From positions 620,001-684,000 of the forward strand of contig CP120453.1 in assembly GCA_034226945.1 (NCBI GenBank): a DNA stretch of 64,000 bases, in the 5' to 3' direction. This document shows positions 51,925 to 64,000 of this stretch, in pieces. The stretch comes from Picochlorum sp. SENEW3. Taxonomy: Eukaryota. Every line of letters begins with the position of its first letter. Position 1 is the stretch's first letter. The position numbers and the translations under genes were made by a program. Below the pieces are notes generated by a model. It had not been told where the DNA came from, did not search any database, and saw nothing but the letters and a program-made list of their open reading frames with translations.

Positions 51925-53067
51925 CTATGATTCAAATGTGGCCAAACCTTCTAATACTTTGTCGCATTTGGACTCCAATCGTTTCACTGCTTCCTGGAAA
52001 ATCTCATGGGGCTTCCATGCACCGGTTGACTCGATAATAAATATAAACTTGTCCTTCCTCTTCCGCAACTGAATTACATCTTTGTACGCATCTTCTCCCG
52101 ACATCCGCCGCACCTTCTCCAGGAGTTTTTCATGCTTTGTTGCATCATCCACCTGAAGCGCCCCAGCATCATCCAGGTACATCAATCCTGCCAATTCCTC
52201 ACACAGCGCATCACATACATCCTTCTCAGGGGTACTATCCAATAACACGACCTCTGGATAGAGTTTATACCATGTCGTTGCCACTGGGGACCATTTTGCA
52301 TGATCTTCTCCCGTTCCTTTGATGCAATGGCATTCCAACTGAATCCTCTGTCCTGGTCTCAACTTTGCAATCAAAATATCTTCATGCACTGGTCCTACAC
52401 TGTCAATCAACAACGACTGATCGCTTTCAAACACTGTTTTAGTGTCATTAGGAATCTCAGAGCCAGCACTGAGCCATTGCAACTGGCTTGTATACACCTT
52501 GTCATTCTCCATTGAGCCATCCGGCAGCCTCTTGCATGTCACATCCAGTTTCAAGACGATGGTATTCTTCTCATTCGCTGGATCGGACGCCGCCTTCCAT
52601 TCAAACAGCCTTGGATCAACACGTAAAGGAATCATTCCCAGCCTATGCGACAAAACCTCATCCTGAATAATGGAGGTGTTGTTCATGATGTACACATGCT
52701 CAATCGCCATTGTGGGAACTTCTGCAATCATCACCCGCCTCAACGCATTCGCAATGGAGCAACTAATACCACTCACTTCAAACTCCATATCATCCCCATC
52801 ATATTTCAACACTTTAATCTTGAGAGACTCTTTGAACGCGTCTAAAGAAAACGACGAGTCTACGTGACCATACTGATTATGAGCAATATTGCTGGAAGTG
52901 TACAAATTTACGTCTGGCCCACACACAACCCGTGTCCTTTGAATCTCTAGAGCATCTTGTACCATCCCACGAGGTGATGTCCCTTCTGCTGCCCCCTCCT
53001 CTTTCTTCTTCTTCTTCCCACTGCTGCTGTCCTTTTTTTTCGTTTTGCCTTTTGTAGAAGCTCCCAT
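51925..53067 (-). CDS. RPAC1: RNA polymerase I/III shared subunit AC40
   Basis: IANALRRVMIAEVPTMAIE, NNTSIIQDEVLSHRLG, DILIAKLRPGQ, DHAKWSPVAT. Confidence 0.93.
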   Translation of the reverse strand: MGASTKGKTKKKDSSSGKKKKKEEGAAEGTSPRGMVQDALEIQRTRVVCGPDVNLYTSSNIAHNQYGHVDSSFSLDAFKESLKIKVLKYDGDDMEFEVSGISCSIANALRRVMIAEVPTMAIEHVYIMNNTSIIQDEVLSHRLGMIPLRVDPRLFEWKAASDPANEKNTIVLKLDVTCKRLPDGSMENDKVYTSQLQWLSAGSEIPNDTKTVFESDQSLLIDSVGPVHEDILIAKLRPGQRIQLECHCIKGTGEDHAKWSPVATTWYKLYPEVVLLDSTPEKDVCDALCEELAGLMYLDDAGALQVDDATKHEKLLEKVRRMSGEDAYKDVIQLRKRKDKFIFIIESTGAWKPHEIFQEAVKRLESKCDKVLEGLATFES

Positions 53068-53418
53068 GGTGTATCTAAATTGCTCCTTGTCAGATCAGGA
53101 ATCCTATCGCACGCTACTTTCTTTACTTTAATAACTATTAAATGTCTCTAGTCTATGGCGTATTCTAGAAAGCGGCAGAATAGAAGAGAGTTGCGGTCGT
53201 GGAAATCATGCATACGCAGGTGTATGCTGTCGATGTACAGGCGATCTCTCGTCCCCTCTAGACGTTGTTATGTATGTAATTGAATATTTTTATATTGCAT
53301 GCAGGAGAGAAACCAAAGAGTATTGAACGCCGTGAGGGTGCCATCACATTTTTTATTGGTGCGTTCGGAATTTGATCAATTTTTTTGACATCTCGCCAAT
53401 GCTACGAAGAACCGATTC

Positions 53419-55203
53419 TTGCCGCACATGCAATTCTGTCTAAACAATACTGCTACTAACACAGTCATGGCTGTGCGTTGGAATTCTCTGGAGTATTCCA
53501 CGACTCCCAACAACAATACCAGGGACATAAAACAGAAGGATTCTCGAACTGAGACGCACGAGCCAGCGCCACGTGGAGTTGAAAAGGCATCCATAGCAAT
53601 TATTAAAATATCTGCATCGATCCTGGCAGTTCTGTACTTTGCAGAAGGGTCAGGGGCAAAAGGACATGGAATCTCTGTAGAGTGGCATCAGTTTGTCAAG
53701 CAGTGTGCCATTTGGATATGTGTGACTGCCACAGTCCCCTACTTTATAGCAAAGACGCTGTCTCATCGTACGAAAGATGCTGGGGGTGTCAAGGGGGCTT
53801 TTGATCGCGTGAGAGAGGAGCATGTGGGACAGGATGCAGAGCAACGCATGCTGATCACACCACCGTCGAGGGGTGAGGTTGCGCATCGCCAAGGGCAGGG
53901 GCGGATGGCTGGAAGTATGGATGATGCGGGTCGTGAGCACCGTCGGGTGAGTCCTATGATGACGAGACAACATTCACAGAGGACAAGGACACCGGAGCAG
54001 ATTGGAAGAATTCTGTCTGATTTTGATGAAGCAGCAAATGCAGCGGCTCAGGCCACGCAATCCGGAGGGGAAGGGTCAATAAAAAAGATGTTTGTATCCA
54101 TGCCACAGCAAGGTTTTGCTGATGCGTTGCAGTCCCCTGGAACAATGTTGCTCAACACGTATAGGCCTTCTGCCGTGAGCAAAGGCGTTGTGTCAACGAC
54201 GGTGGCATCAGATGGGTCCATTGTATCGTCATTGCAGACAGAAAGAGATAGAGTGCTTGCAGAGCTTGGTATAGATGAAGACATTCTAGAAAGGTCGATC
54301 GAAACGTTGAGAGAATGGATTGCCTGTAGGGTGTTGCAGCCATTAGAAAAGGCCATTTCTGCAGCCCACTCCAATGTCGTCAACACTGCCGCCTCTCTAG
54401 GATTTCAAAATGTGAATCTGACGAATTTGAATGATTTGGGATTGGAGCCATCATCAAAGCTTGCTGATGATACGCACACATTGAATCAATTGCATCATGC
54501 TGTTGCAGATGCCATGGCCTCCAACCAGATGAATGCATCCAACCCAAGGTATCAGAAATGCCGTCAAGCGATACTCACATATCATAATTTACTCTTGTTA
54601 TTGCGTGGAGAATTCTTGCCTGGGTCACTTGTGTCATCAGACCCAGACGGGTATATTCTCAAGAGAATCAAAGAGCTCTCCAATGGCACATGCATGAAGG
54701 ATTTCATGTGGAATAGTGGAGGAGAGTCTTCTAATCAAAAAGCATGGAATAGCGAGCTGCCGACAGATTCCGCCCTCATTCTATACTTGTTCGCATCATT
54801 CTTATCGGCACCTTTTTGGACATTTGCAGATAAGGATCAGGGCAAGGTGGAAGGGCCTTCTGACATTTTATTCCTAGGTCGCCTGCCTCCTAGGGTATCA
54901 GGAAAATTCACCGCAATTCTGCCAACTCGACTTCCGAAAGGATCAAAAGGAACGAGTGTTCAAGGATTGCAGCTCGGTGGAACCAACCCATACTTTTCAG
55001 TCTCTGTGGAAGGCACTGAAAAGTTGACAGAAACCGGCCAGTTGGGACTGTTTAGAATATTAGTAATCTTTCTCTTCTATGTCAACCAGGACAATGGAAT
55101 GCTTGGGAACAGCAGCTTTGAGCATTTACATTTAGATACAGTGGTAGAAAAGAAGAAGAGATTCCATTTCATTGATAGTTTACGACGCCTGCATTTGTGG
55201 TAA
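53419..55203 (+). CDS. TMEM209-like nuclear-envelope protein; 5' end uncertain
   Basis: N-terminal TM segments; LREWIA..VLQPL, YILKRIKEL..GTCM..F.WNSGG and ELPTDSALILYLF motifs. Upstream exon(s) near 53.2-53.4 kb likely. Confidence 0.75.
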   Translation: MPHMQFCLNNTATNTVMAVRWNSLEYSTTPNNNTRDIKQKDSRTETHEPAPRGVEKASIAIIKISASILAVLYFAEGSGAKGHGISVEWHQFVKQCAIWICVTATVPYFIAKTLSHRTKDAGGVKGAFDRVREEHVGQDAEQRMLITPPSRGEVAHRQGQGRMAGSMDDAGREHRRVSPMMTRQHSQRTRTPEQIGRILSDFDEAANAAAQATQSGGEGSIKKMFVSMPQQGFADALQSPGTMLLNTYRPSAVSKGVVSTTVASDGSIVSSLQTERDRVLAELGIDEDILERSIETLREWIACRVLQPLEKAISAAHSNVVNTAASLGFQNVNLTNLNDLGLEPSSKLADDTHTLNQLHHAVADAMASNQMNASNPRYQKCRQAILTYHNLLLLLRGEFLPGSLVSSDPDGYILKRIKELSNGTCMKDFMWNSGGESSNQKAWNSELPTDSALILYLFASFLSAPFWTFADKDQGKVEGPSDILFLGRLPPRVSGKFTAILPTRLPKGSKGTSVQGLQLGGTNPYFSVSVEGTEKLTETGQLGLFRILVIFLFYVNQDNGMLGNSSFEHLHLDTVVEKKKRFHFIDSLRRLHLW

Positions 55204-55562
55204 CCATCCCTGGGTATGTGCAGGCGATATAGATACATACATACATAATGATGTGTAATCATAATGCAAGCATAATCTGCGATTGTGTATGTACGCCGGG
55301 AATGCTATTGCATCTCCATCAGGATTACATTCACATTCAAGTGATACATGAAGCTGTTGTGGCTCACTTGAGTCTTGTCAAAATGTAAAAATTCTTTCGG
55401 AAAAAAAGTCAACGCAGGTATTCGACCGATATCATATTCGTTGACCATTATAATCCATTATTTATGTTGTATATAAATACATCAACGACAACAACTATTC
55501 AGGCCTACGATTTCCATTTCGCGAGAAAGAGGATCGAGAGCCCGGTGAGACTCCACACAGCC

Positions 55563-56291
55563 ATGACTATCCATCCACCCCAGTATGACCAGTCTTTACG
55601 GCAGCATGGCATACCCTCAGTCTCAAGAGACGAGGTACTTACAGCTTGCGGAAGAGATGAGAGTCGCCTACGAGAGAATCGCTCGTGCGGAACGGCAGAA
55701 GGATATAGGGCCCAGTGTAAAAAGGATGGCCACGGACATCAGCAACAGTCAGAGACATCCTTATTCCCTCCTGGGGATGCTTTATTAGAGAGTCTTTCGA
55801 GCAATCCATCCCTGTGGCCTTTTGAAAAACATCTTCCGGGATACCAAGGACCGTATGAAGCATTGCCTGAGGGAGGATGGATCACAGGGGCCGAGGCAGT
55901 GAGCAAGAGAGGTATCGACCTCAGACTCTTTTATGACGAAGACACATGCATGGTAAAAGGATGCGTCCGGTTCAACGCAAACGCCTCTATAGGGAAAGGA
56001 TTTTCACTTCCTGTTCATGGAGGGGCTATTGAAACTGTTTTGGACGAGTCGACAGCTGAAATGGGCAAAATTGCCGCCTTTCCATTTCTTGCAACTCGAA
56101 AGATATCCTTTGAGATTAAAAAGTCTGTTCCCATGGATGTCAGCCTGTATGTAGAGTGTTCATTAATGAATATTAAAGGGTTACGATGTCGAGTGCATGG
56201 AAAAATTCTCGATGCCATGGAGGATGGTGCAGTCTTGGCAGAATGTGATGCAGAACTGGTCAACATGGTGGCCTTTGTTGACAAGATGTAA
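55563..56291 (+). CDS. HotDog-fold acyl-CoA thioesterase (PaaI/THEM4-like)
   Basis: VHGGAIETVLDE motif followed by ATRKISFEIKKSVP. Start could be 55464. Confidence 0.8.
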   Translation: MTIHPPQYDQSLRQHGIPSVSRDEVLTACGRDESRLRENRSCGTAEGYRAQCKKDGHGHQQQSETSLFPPGDALLESLSSNPSLWPFEKHLPGYQGPYEALPEGGWITGAEAVSKRGIDLRLFYDEDTCMVKGCVRFNANASIGKGFSLPVHGGAIETVLDESTAEMGKIAAFPFLATRKISFEIKKSVPMDVSLYVECSLMNIKGLRCRVHGKILDAMEDGAVLAECDAELVNMVAFVDKM

Positions 56292-56595
56292 CTCCCTTTG
56301 CGGAAACCAAATCTACTTTTCGAAATCATCATTCCCGATCTGCATTTCATTTTTTGTATCCTATCGGTAATACAATATATCTCTATACCCTGTCAATAAA
56401 CACAGAAGCAAAGTTCTGCAAAAATCAACTGAATTTTCAAATGTCTCCTTTACAGAACTTTTTCTTCCTTGCATGGCAGTACATGTATCAACCCACCCAA
56501 TAACGTCAATCGATATCCAAATCAGATAGCCTTGGAGGCTGCAGGTATGAGAATCCAAGGACACGGCGATTCATAGTTGTAGTAGACGCGTCAGG

Positions 56596-59164
56596 ATGGT
56601 GAACAGTATGCACAGTGATCACCCAGCGAGTCCCAGACATCGCCGTGTGCGAAGTATGGATGCGCTTAGCACATCACATAGTTCAGATGAAGAGGATGAG
56701 GATAGAGTGCTCTTCAGAAAGAGTAGGGAGCGGGAGAGGTGGAAATCCGCGGCACTGCTAAGCCAACCCTCGGACGCTGGAGATTTGGCGAATACTGTCG
56801 TCAAGATGCCGGATATCATCATCGGTAATAATGGAGTGGATGTTTTTGTGGAGAGAGCATCTGTAAAGTCGGGAAGTGTGGCGCATTCTCCCAGGAAGTT
56901 TACCGGTCAACCTAGTGGTAGGTGATAGGAATCGAGTGTCTGTGATACATGGATGTTTCTTTGGATGACGATATGTGAATGTTGCAGAGGCTGTGTCAGA
57001 TGTGGTCTCGGGACAAGCGTTGTCTGGTGGGCATGCAGAAGATGGGACAACATCTCCTACTTCCCCTCGCGGAGCCAAAAAGAGGAAGGAGTTGCGCAAA
57101 CTTTTATCGGCGGAAGATAACGATCCAGAATTGCTTCCTGACGACCCTAATAACTTTTTTGGATTCCAAGAAAAGCAAAAGATTGCTGAGGCTGCAGACA
57201 AGCACAAACTTCCCCTGATTAAGACACGAAAGTTTAAAGTTTGGTTCATGATTGCTGTGGGCCAACTGATTGCAATCCTGATTGGAACGATGATTCTGGT
57301 GTACGGGGACCGGTCTGTAAAGCAAACGTTTCAATTATGGAGATGGTTTTATCTGATTGCATTGCTACCTGCTGGGTGGCTCTTGGCAAATTGGTTAACC
57401 TTGCTGTTAATTGTCTTGGTTGAGAAGACCATGATGACAGTTGTCAATGCCCTGTATTTTGCATATGCTCTTCGAAAGCATATCCGATGGGTGATGAGAG
57501 CGTTGAATGTATTTCTTTGTTGGACGTTGATGATGACAATTCGAACACAGGCGCAAGACAGTGATGTGAATCAAGTGTATGAATGGATTGCAAGGTTGCT
57601 TGGGTGCGTCATTGTGTTTACCCTTGGGAATCTGGTGAAGCGGTTGCTCGCCAAGATGATGGCGTTAAAGTTTCATGCAACCTCTCATCATAGTAAGATG
57701 ACAGAGTCGCTCAGAAAAGAGCATTATTTGAAGGCCCTGCTTCGTCCTCGAATGAGGGCCTTGCAGAAAGAGGAGAATAAGGGAAATTCAAAACTCGATT
57801 TCCTGCATCCATGGAGAATGTTGGGGAGAGAAAATTATGAAATTGATATTAAGATTGACGATACGCTAAAGAGTGATGACGAGGACCCATCAAGGAGCAG
57901 GCCTGCTGATGCGCCTCATGATATGAGAGCACTGCCCCTGCCTCAATTCAGTATGAAGAGCGAGGACGTTGATCCACACAAGAGAGCAAGGATGATCAAT
58001 AACTTGTCAAGGCTTGAGCACTATGTGCGTAAGTCGACATTTAGCGTGACATTTCGGGATGAGTTGAATAGAGTAGAGGAATCCAAGTTGAACAGTGACA
58101 TGGAGGTGAATCGTGTTGCATATTACCTGTTCTGGAACGTCAAAGCCGACATGGCGACCCGTTACATCCAGATGAGTGATCTTGAAAACTTTTTGTATCC
58201 AGCAGAGATTCCTCAAGCTTTTGAAACATTTGATGTGGACAAGGATGGAAAGATTTCACTCATGGATTGTGCTGCAGCAGTTGGACAGATTTATAAAGAA
58301 CGATCGAATTTGGCCTCAACGCTACGAGATGCACGATCTATCAACAAAACTTTGGAAGTTCTGATTGGCCTCAGTATTCACATACTTTTCATATTCTTCT
58401 ATTTGATGATTTTCAATACGGGAGGGTCAATCACAGATGCATGGATTAGTTTCTCTGGAATCCTGTTGGCTTTTTCGTTTTTGTTTGCAGGAGCAGCACA
58501 AATCGCGTTTGAAAATATTATATTTTTGTACTCTGTCAGGAGTTACGTCACAGGAGACATCCTGCTTGTTGATGGTGATTACCTGGAAGTGGCTGAAATG
58601 AGCATCAATTACACATGCTTCAACTCGGACATCAACAGAAAAGTATGGATCCCAAACAACATTATCCGCCAGAAGACGTTTGTGAATTTGACTGATTCTG
58701 GGTCCAAATTTGAGGCATATAGTATCCTCGTGGACTTTGACTGTGACCCAACATTGCTCACAGAGATTGAGGACATGTTGGCACGCTTGTACAAGGAGTC
58801 GCCAAAAGAATATGGGCCCAGCTATCGCTGTAAATACAGTGACTCTGTGGATCCATTCAAAGTTAAGATCCAAGTACTCATTGAATATACACATCCAGGT
58901 ATTGATCTGAGGAGAACAGCATTAGCTCGATCAGCAGTGCTGGAGAAGATTGCTGAAATTCTTCGAGCACGTGGAATCCCATATACGTTACCAGCAATAC
59001 GAGGAGAGAATCCACAAGAGCCGGGGGCCACGATTGATGTTGAGAAGACTGAAACTAACATACAGCATCCCACAGAATCCAGAAGGAGAAACCCATTGAA
59101 TGTACTAAGAAACAGAGGCATGGCTGCTCGATTGTCAGGGCAGGGTGATCCTCCAACACAATAA
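56596..59164 (+). CDS. MscS-like mechanosensitive channel with an EF-hand
   Basis: Intron 56918-56987; multiple TM helices; DVDKDGKISLMD EF-hand; FENIIFLY...YVTGD...KVWIPN MscS core. Confidence 0.88.
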
Positions 59165-59549
59165 TAATTACTATACTATTCCATCGAATATGTATGCATC
59201 TCGAGAAGCAAGATACGAAGCAAGACTGATGAGACCATATCCATTCGTGGCTGTAGATATAAATAAATAAAGCGTGATCATGTTTGGTATGAGATTGCTA
59301 TTCCCCCATGGAAGAGAAGGCTTCCGTACCAAACACAATGCATACCATGCTCCATGTATTATTTCAATCAAATGAATCTTTTACATACATAATTGGATTC
59401 ATGCTATACTAAATTGGACCTGTATTCAAATAATTGGTCACAAATACAAGAGAGAAACGTTTTGAGTGGGCACACTGAGTGCATTGCTCCGACTCAGACT
59501 CACGCTAGACTGTTAGATTGGCCATTAATTCTTCACTATTGTATTTAAA

Positions 59550-60293
59550 ATGTCAAAAGTACTTCAAAGGGCATGGCAGATGACACGCATCTGTAGAAGA
59601 AGCAACTTGCGTGCATCTTTCACTGCTGCAGAGCCCAAGGTCCGCGTAACTCGGGGATTCGTTGCTTCTGCGAAGAATGCCGATATAGTCGATGAAGATG
59701 ACGAGCCCTCTCCATTCGATGAAGAACTAGTAGGGTCAACTGGCCAGTTTGAGCAGATCATCTTGGAGAACACAGACTGGGGCCAGAAGGCCTTGGACTG
59801 TGCGCAGCAGATTTTAGAGAACAAGAATGAGCTCGCGCTGCACGCGTTCCGCGCATATAATGCCTCCAAAAGGATCGATATACGACTTGATAAGCTTACA
59901 GATACGTATGGATCGCCCACATTGGACGAAATTGGTGAGTTCTCTAGAGATTTTAATCAGCTGTTGGAGTCAAACTTGGGTGAGGAGACTGCTGGGAGCA
60001 TTGAGATTGAAGTATCCTCTCCTGGGGCAGAGCGATCGGTGAGAATCCCTGATGAGTTGTTGCGATTCAAGGCCTTACCAATGTCGGTATGTTCCACAGA
60101 TGCGCCAGAACCACGGGTATTCAATTTACAGGCAGTGCTGGAGGATGGAACGACAACAGTATGGGCATATGCAGATGTTCGAGCCAATAGATCCCTTGGC
60201 AAAGGACGAGGGCTATCGAAAAAGCAGAAAGAAATGGAATTTACTATCCCTATCGAAAATATCATATCAGTCAATATTCATTTGGATGTGTGA
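59550..60293 (+). CDS. RimP-like organellar ribosome maturation factor
   Basis: Targeting-peptide-like N-terminus; RLDKLTDTYGSPTLDEI and IEVSSPGAER. Confidence 0.8.
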   Translation: MSKVLQRAWQMTRICRRSNLRASFTAAEPKVRVTRGFVASAKNADIVDEDDEPSPFDEELVGSTGQFEQIILENTDWGQKALDCAQQILENKNELALHAFRAYNASKRIDIRLDKLTDTYGSPTLDEIGEFSRDFNQLLESNLGEETAGSIEIEVSSPGAERSVRIPDELLRFKALPMSVCSTDAPEPRVFNLQAVLEDGTTTVWAYADVRANRSLGKGRGLSKKQKEMEFTIPIENIISVNIHLDV

Positions 60294-60829
60294 CGCCGTC
60301 TCCCCTTGCTTTTCTTTTTCGCTGGTGCTGCTTCATCATCCACACTCGCTTCCAGTCTCTTTCTAAACACATCTAAACACTGATTATTATAATACACACT
60401 CTTCCATCCATCATCCCCTTGTTTACTTGGCGTTATTCGTCGCTTGAAAAAGATGCTAAACGCTGTTGCACTCTGAAACTCCTCCCCATTATACTCAATT
60501 GTCCCATGCTCTGTCAGGGATCCAACTGCTTCTGCTCCCTTGTACGAGACCCTAATCGTATTCTCACCCGGCTGAATAAAACCCTTCTCTATTAAATCTA
60601 ACAAGGTGATCCCTGATCGACTTGATGCTGTCCCAGTAGCAGTAGACCCACGCGTCTTTCTCTTTTTCCTAGACCTCTTTGCCGTTGGCAAGTAGTGCTC
60701 CGTCTCTCTCAACAATGCTGCCTGATCAACAGCTTCACCGAGTATATATCGAACATGTACAGTACCACTCATCACAACTCGTCCACTATTGTGCCTATCC
60801 TCTGGTTCTTCAGAGGCCTGAGACGTCAT
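60278..60829 (-). CDS. Small nuclear protein with a RAMA-like domain (MPND N-terminal type)
   Basis: ITLLDLIEKGFIQPG...VSYKG...GSLTEHGTI...FQSATAFS...DGWKSVYY; basic NLS-like flanks. Confidence 0.7.
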   Translation of the reverse strand: MTSQASEEPEDRHNSGRVVMSGTVHVRYILGEAVDQAALLRETEHYLPTAKRSRKKRKTRGSTATGTASSRSGITLLDLIEKGFIQPGENTIRVSYKGAEAVGSLTEHGTIEYNGEEFQSATAFSIFFKRRITPSKQGDDGWKSVYYNNQCLDVFRKRLEASVDDEAAPAKKKSKGRRRHTSK

Positions 60830-61115
60830 GTGTTGTTTGAATCCAAAAGAATCAATCACAACAAAGAACCAATCAACCACGATCACGATTGCCCAATATT
60901 TTTCATCTGTGTAGGGATTTTTTTTAACGTTTCAAGGAACAACAACAGTCAACAAATTCAATCGTGTGATGAAGAAAATTCCGTACTTTACAATTAAAAA
61001 CACCTCCCTCGCAAGGATCGCGACTGAGGTGGTGGTCATGGCATCTTCCTTTGCTCCTCTGCTGCCATTCATTAAATGTATTATACTATACTCGTCTGCA
61101 GTAGAACATAATGAT

Positions 61116-62169
61116 ATGAGATCGAATCCTAGGATTCGACAGAGGTGTAGCAGGACAGAGAAACAGCGTGATCAGAGTCCTGACAAGTGCTGTTCGCCAC
61201 CAACGAGAACACACCTCAGTGTGCAAGAGCAGCAGCTGACTCACCTGATGGGCGGCATCGGCCACTGTCTTGGTGGTCTATGGAAGAGACTGATCACTAT
61301 CGTGGATGATGTCATTGATATATGCCATTGGTATATCTGGCGCCGATGGCAATCTCCATTGACTCATAGCAGCGTGAGTGGGTACCACCAGAATGCTGCA
61401 GGAGCATCTTCATTACTGCACATGCCATTGCTCTCACGAGAAATAGAAGGGCGCGCTGATGCCTTTGACATATGGAATGAAAGGGTTCAAGCGCGATATT
61501 CTCATGAGAAGGATGGGCAGCTTTTAGAAAGACTGTGGAATGCAGCGTGGTCTATAGGTGACAGTGCCCCTCCACCTCAAGGTCTTTCCCATACCACATA
61601 CATCTCAGACAGATGGGTTGATCTGGGGTTTCAATCCGATGATCCATCCCGAGATTTTAGGGGAGGAGGTGTGCTGTCATTAACATGCCTCGTGTATATG
61701 GCGGAATCAGCGCCACACGTGTTTCATAGATTGATGGCAAAGACTTGTGGGGTGCGAAGTGACTATGAATATCCTTTTGCAGCAAGCTGCATATCTGTCG
61801 TCTTTTCTTTGATAGGTACGTCTTCTTATCAATGAAGGCATAATCATTGTCACTGTATATTACGAGGGCACATCCCCTCACCATATGATGCTACTGTGTG
61901 CAGATGCGTTGAAGATTCGAACGCTGTCATCCACCCATATCGATGTATCTCCATCATCCTATGGATTCGCTCATCTCTATATCCGAGATGAGGAGGCATT
62001 TGAGAAGATTGTGATGCATACGATGCTGTATTTGGATGAGATCTGGCTCTCGTCCTCCGCATCCTATATGGATTTCCCTCGTATTCAAAAGCTCGTCTGT
62101 GCCCATGTCCAGCGACTCGTTGGAAAACGATGGTTCACCGATCCAGCCATGATCTCTTTTATCACATAG
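61116..62169 (+). CDS. ELMO/CED-12 domain protein; 5' end uncertain
   Basis: WVDLGFQSDDPSRDFRGGG, YPFAASCIS, intron 61816-61903, ASYMDFP. Confidence 0.85.
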
Positions 62170-62223
62170 TGGACTGCATTGTAAATATTGGAATTATTAT
62201 TCATGATTTAGTAGTACAAGAGA

Positions 62224-63882
62224 ATGGGAGACGATTGCTCAGAAAACGCCACGTCTGAGACGTGCCCTCGAGACCAACCCTTGGAAGAAGAACAAGCGCA
62301 GGTGGGTTGTTACATCCATATTCATGACATGGGTTTTCATTATGGGCTATAAGTACATACGGTTTACTCGGTAGTATTGTATTGTATTCAGGAGATGCCA
62401 CCCAACAATTTTTGTGGTAGTAGGGAAGGCGCATTCGACATGTATGGCTCAAAATTCAGTCGCAAGTTCATGGCGCAGCGGTACGAAAAGATGCTGCAAG
62501 CTGATCAATCGGTTCTACTATCTGACTCTTCATACGTGTCAGCTATTCGTCAGTATGATGGGCTTTTGGCTGGACACGATGGTATGTCTCACTTGCTTGA
62601 AGCAGAGATTTTGATGAAGCGATGCCGTGCATCGTATCAGTTTGCGTCCATGTTGAAGAATCGACCTGCGTCTATGAGTGAGAGGGAGGCTCTGTTCGCT
62701 GAGGATCCAGAGAATATTGCGATGCAAGGGTTGAAGGATGCAGAAAAGGCGAGGGAGTTGTACTCCCTGGCTCTTGGTACAGTGTATGAGTTACAAGGAG
62801 ATATTTTAACGTTGCTGAACAATGATAAAGATGCCGAAATTGCATACACATATGCCTCCAAACTAACGCCAGGAGGTGATGATGATGACCAGGACAAGAA
62901 CGCATCTCCAGATCAGAGCACAGAGAGCAGAGAAAAAAAGTCAAACAAAACAGAGAGAAAACTGGCCATGGATGATGATTTGGAGTGCCTCGTCTGCATG
63001 AAATTGTTATATGAGCCTGTATCGACGCCATGCGGACATACATTTTGTCGCCCATGTTTTCAAAGAACACTAGATCATACACCATCATGCCCCATGTGTC
63101 GAAGGCAGTTTTATGCTGGATTTGATTTACCAGTCAACACAGTGATGAAAAATGTCTTGGAACGGTCATTCCCTGAAGAATATCAGACACGGCGAGAAGA
63201 AGAGATGCTTTCAGGAACTACAGCAGAAAGGCCAACGGCGCTGCCCTTGTTTGTCATGTCCCCAATGATTCCTGGGGAAGTCATGACTATGAACATCTTT
63301 GAGCCAAGGTATCGACTCATGATTCGTCGCGTCATGGAAGGAAATAAGCGTTTTGGAATGATCATGGCAGATCGACACCATAGACTTGCGTCTGTTGGAA
63401 CCGAAGTCGAAATAACAGAAATTGAAAGAATTCCAGATGGGAGGTATCTCATCGACATCCAAGGTACTCGGCGTTTCAGAGTCAATGAGGACACAGTCAG
63501 TGAAGTTGACGGCTACCGCGTTGCTGTACCCGAGTACTTCAAGGACGATCCAATCAATGAGGAAGATGCGGAGCATGCACAGGCATTGTGCTCTGACGTA
63601 CAAGGCATTGTTGAGAGATGGATGGACAGGCTGTCCCAACTGGCTGCAACAAGACCAGTCACCCAACAATTACTCCGTCATCTCGGACGAGAAACAAGCA
63701 TGTCTGACTTGGAAAAGTACTCTTTTTGGGTGTGTTCAACAGTGATTCCATTCATTCAAGGACACGATGCTAAACAGAAATTGATCTCAACAACATGTAC
63801 AGTAAACAGGTTTGAAATGGCAAGGCAGATGCTTCTTGCCGCCGAGTATCACACCCATGATGAACGTTGCATAATTAGCTAA
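62224..63882 (+). CDS. LON N-terminal domain and RING finger protein (LONRF-like)
   Basis: Exon 62224-62301, intron 62302-62391; TPR-like helices, RING CLVC...PCGHTFCRPC...CPMCR and LON-N domain IFEPRYRLMIRR. Confidence 0.9.
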
Positions 63883-64000
63883 TATAATTTTATGTACTAT
63901 ATTTCTATAGAAGTAAAGATTCTAGATCCCGGGGATGAGGATGATACGAATACAGCCACGCCATGCCGTTCCTCTTCAGCCAATATTGTGGGTTTGTGCA

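Noticed and set aside
63905..64000. 3' end of a minus-strand gene entering from beyond the window
   Set aside because: Two frames are open over fewer than 35 codons; neither frame nor product can be assigned.

Overview
This is a very gene-dense eukaryotic nuclear region with about 40 genes, short intergenic gaps and short GT-AG introns (mostly 65-160 nt). EFL, plastid-targeted proteins (LPAAT, GDT1, RimP-like) and the starch enzyme DPE2 suggest a compact green alga, probably Trebouxiophyceae/Picochlorum-like (inference). Most genes are housekeeping. The most unusual elements are: (1) two tandem intronless ankyrin-array genes sharing an almost invariant N-terminal module but with highly diversified repeats (39.3-44.3 kb); (2) a stand-alone, signal-peptide-bearing bacterial-type Cache sensor domain (46.8-47.4 kb); (3) a secreted/anchored pyrophosphatase made of two near-identical 771-bp units (27.5-29.2 kb); (4) an accessory-looking block at 19.5-25.3 kb with an FHA-RING-PARP-zinc-finger protein, a pogo/CENP-B-like DNA-binding ORF lacking a DDE domain, a long hairpin, an intron-containing tRNA-Lys(UUU) and decayed ORFs; (5) a divergent flagellar PF16/SPAG6 homologue; (6) a stand-alone RAMA-like protein. 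All family calls come from motif recognition by eye; no database search was run.
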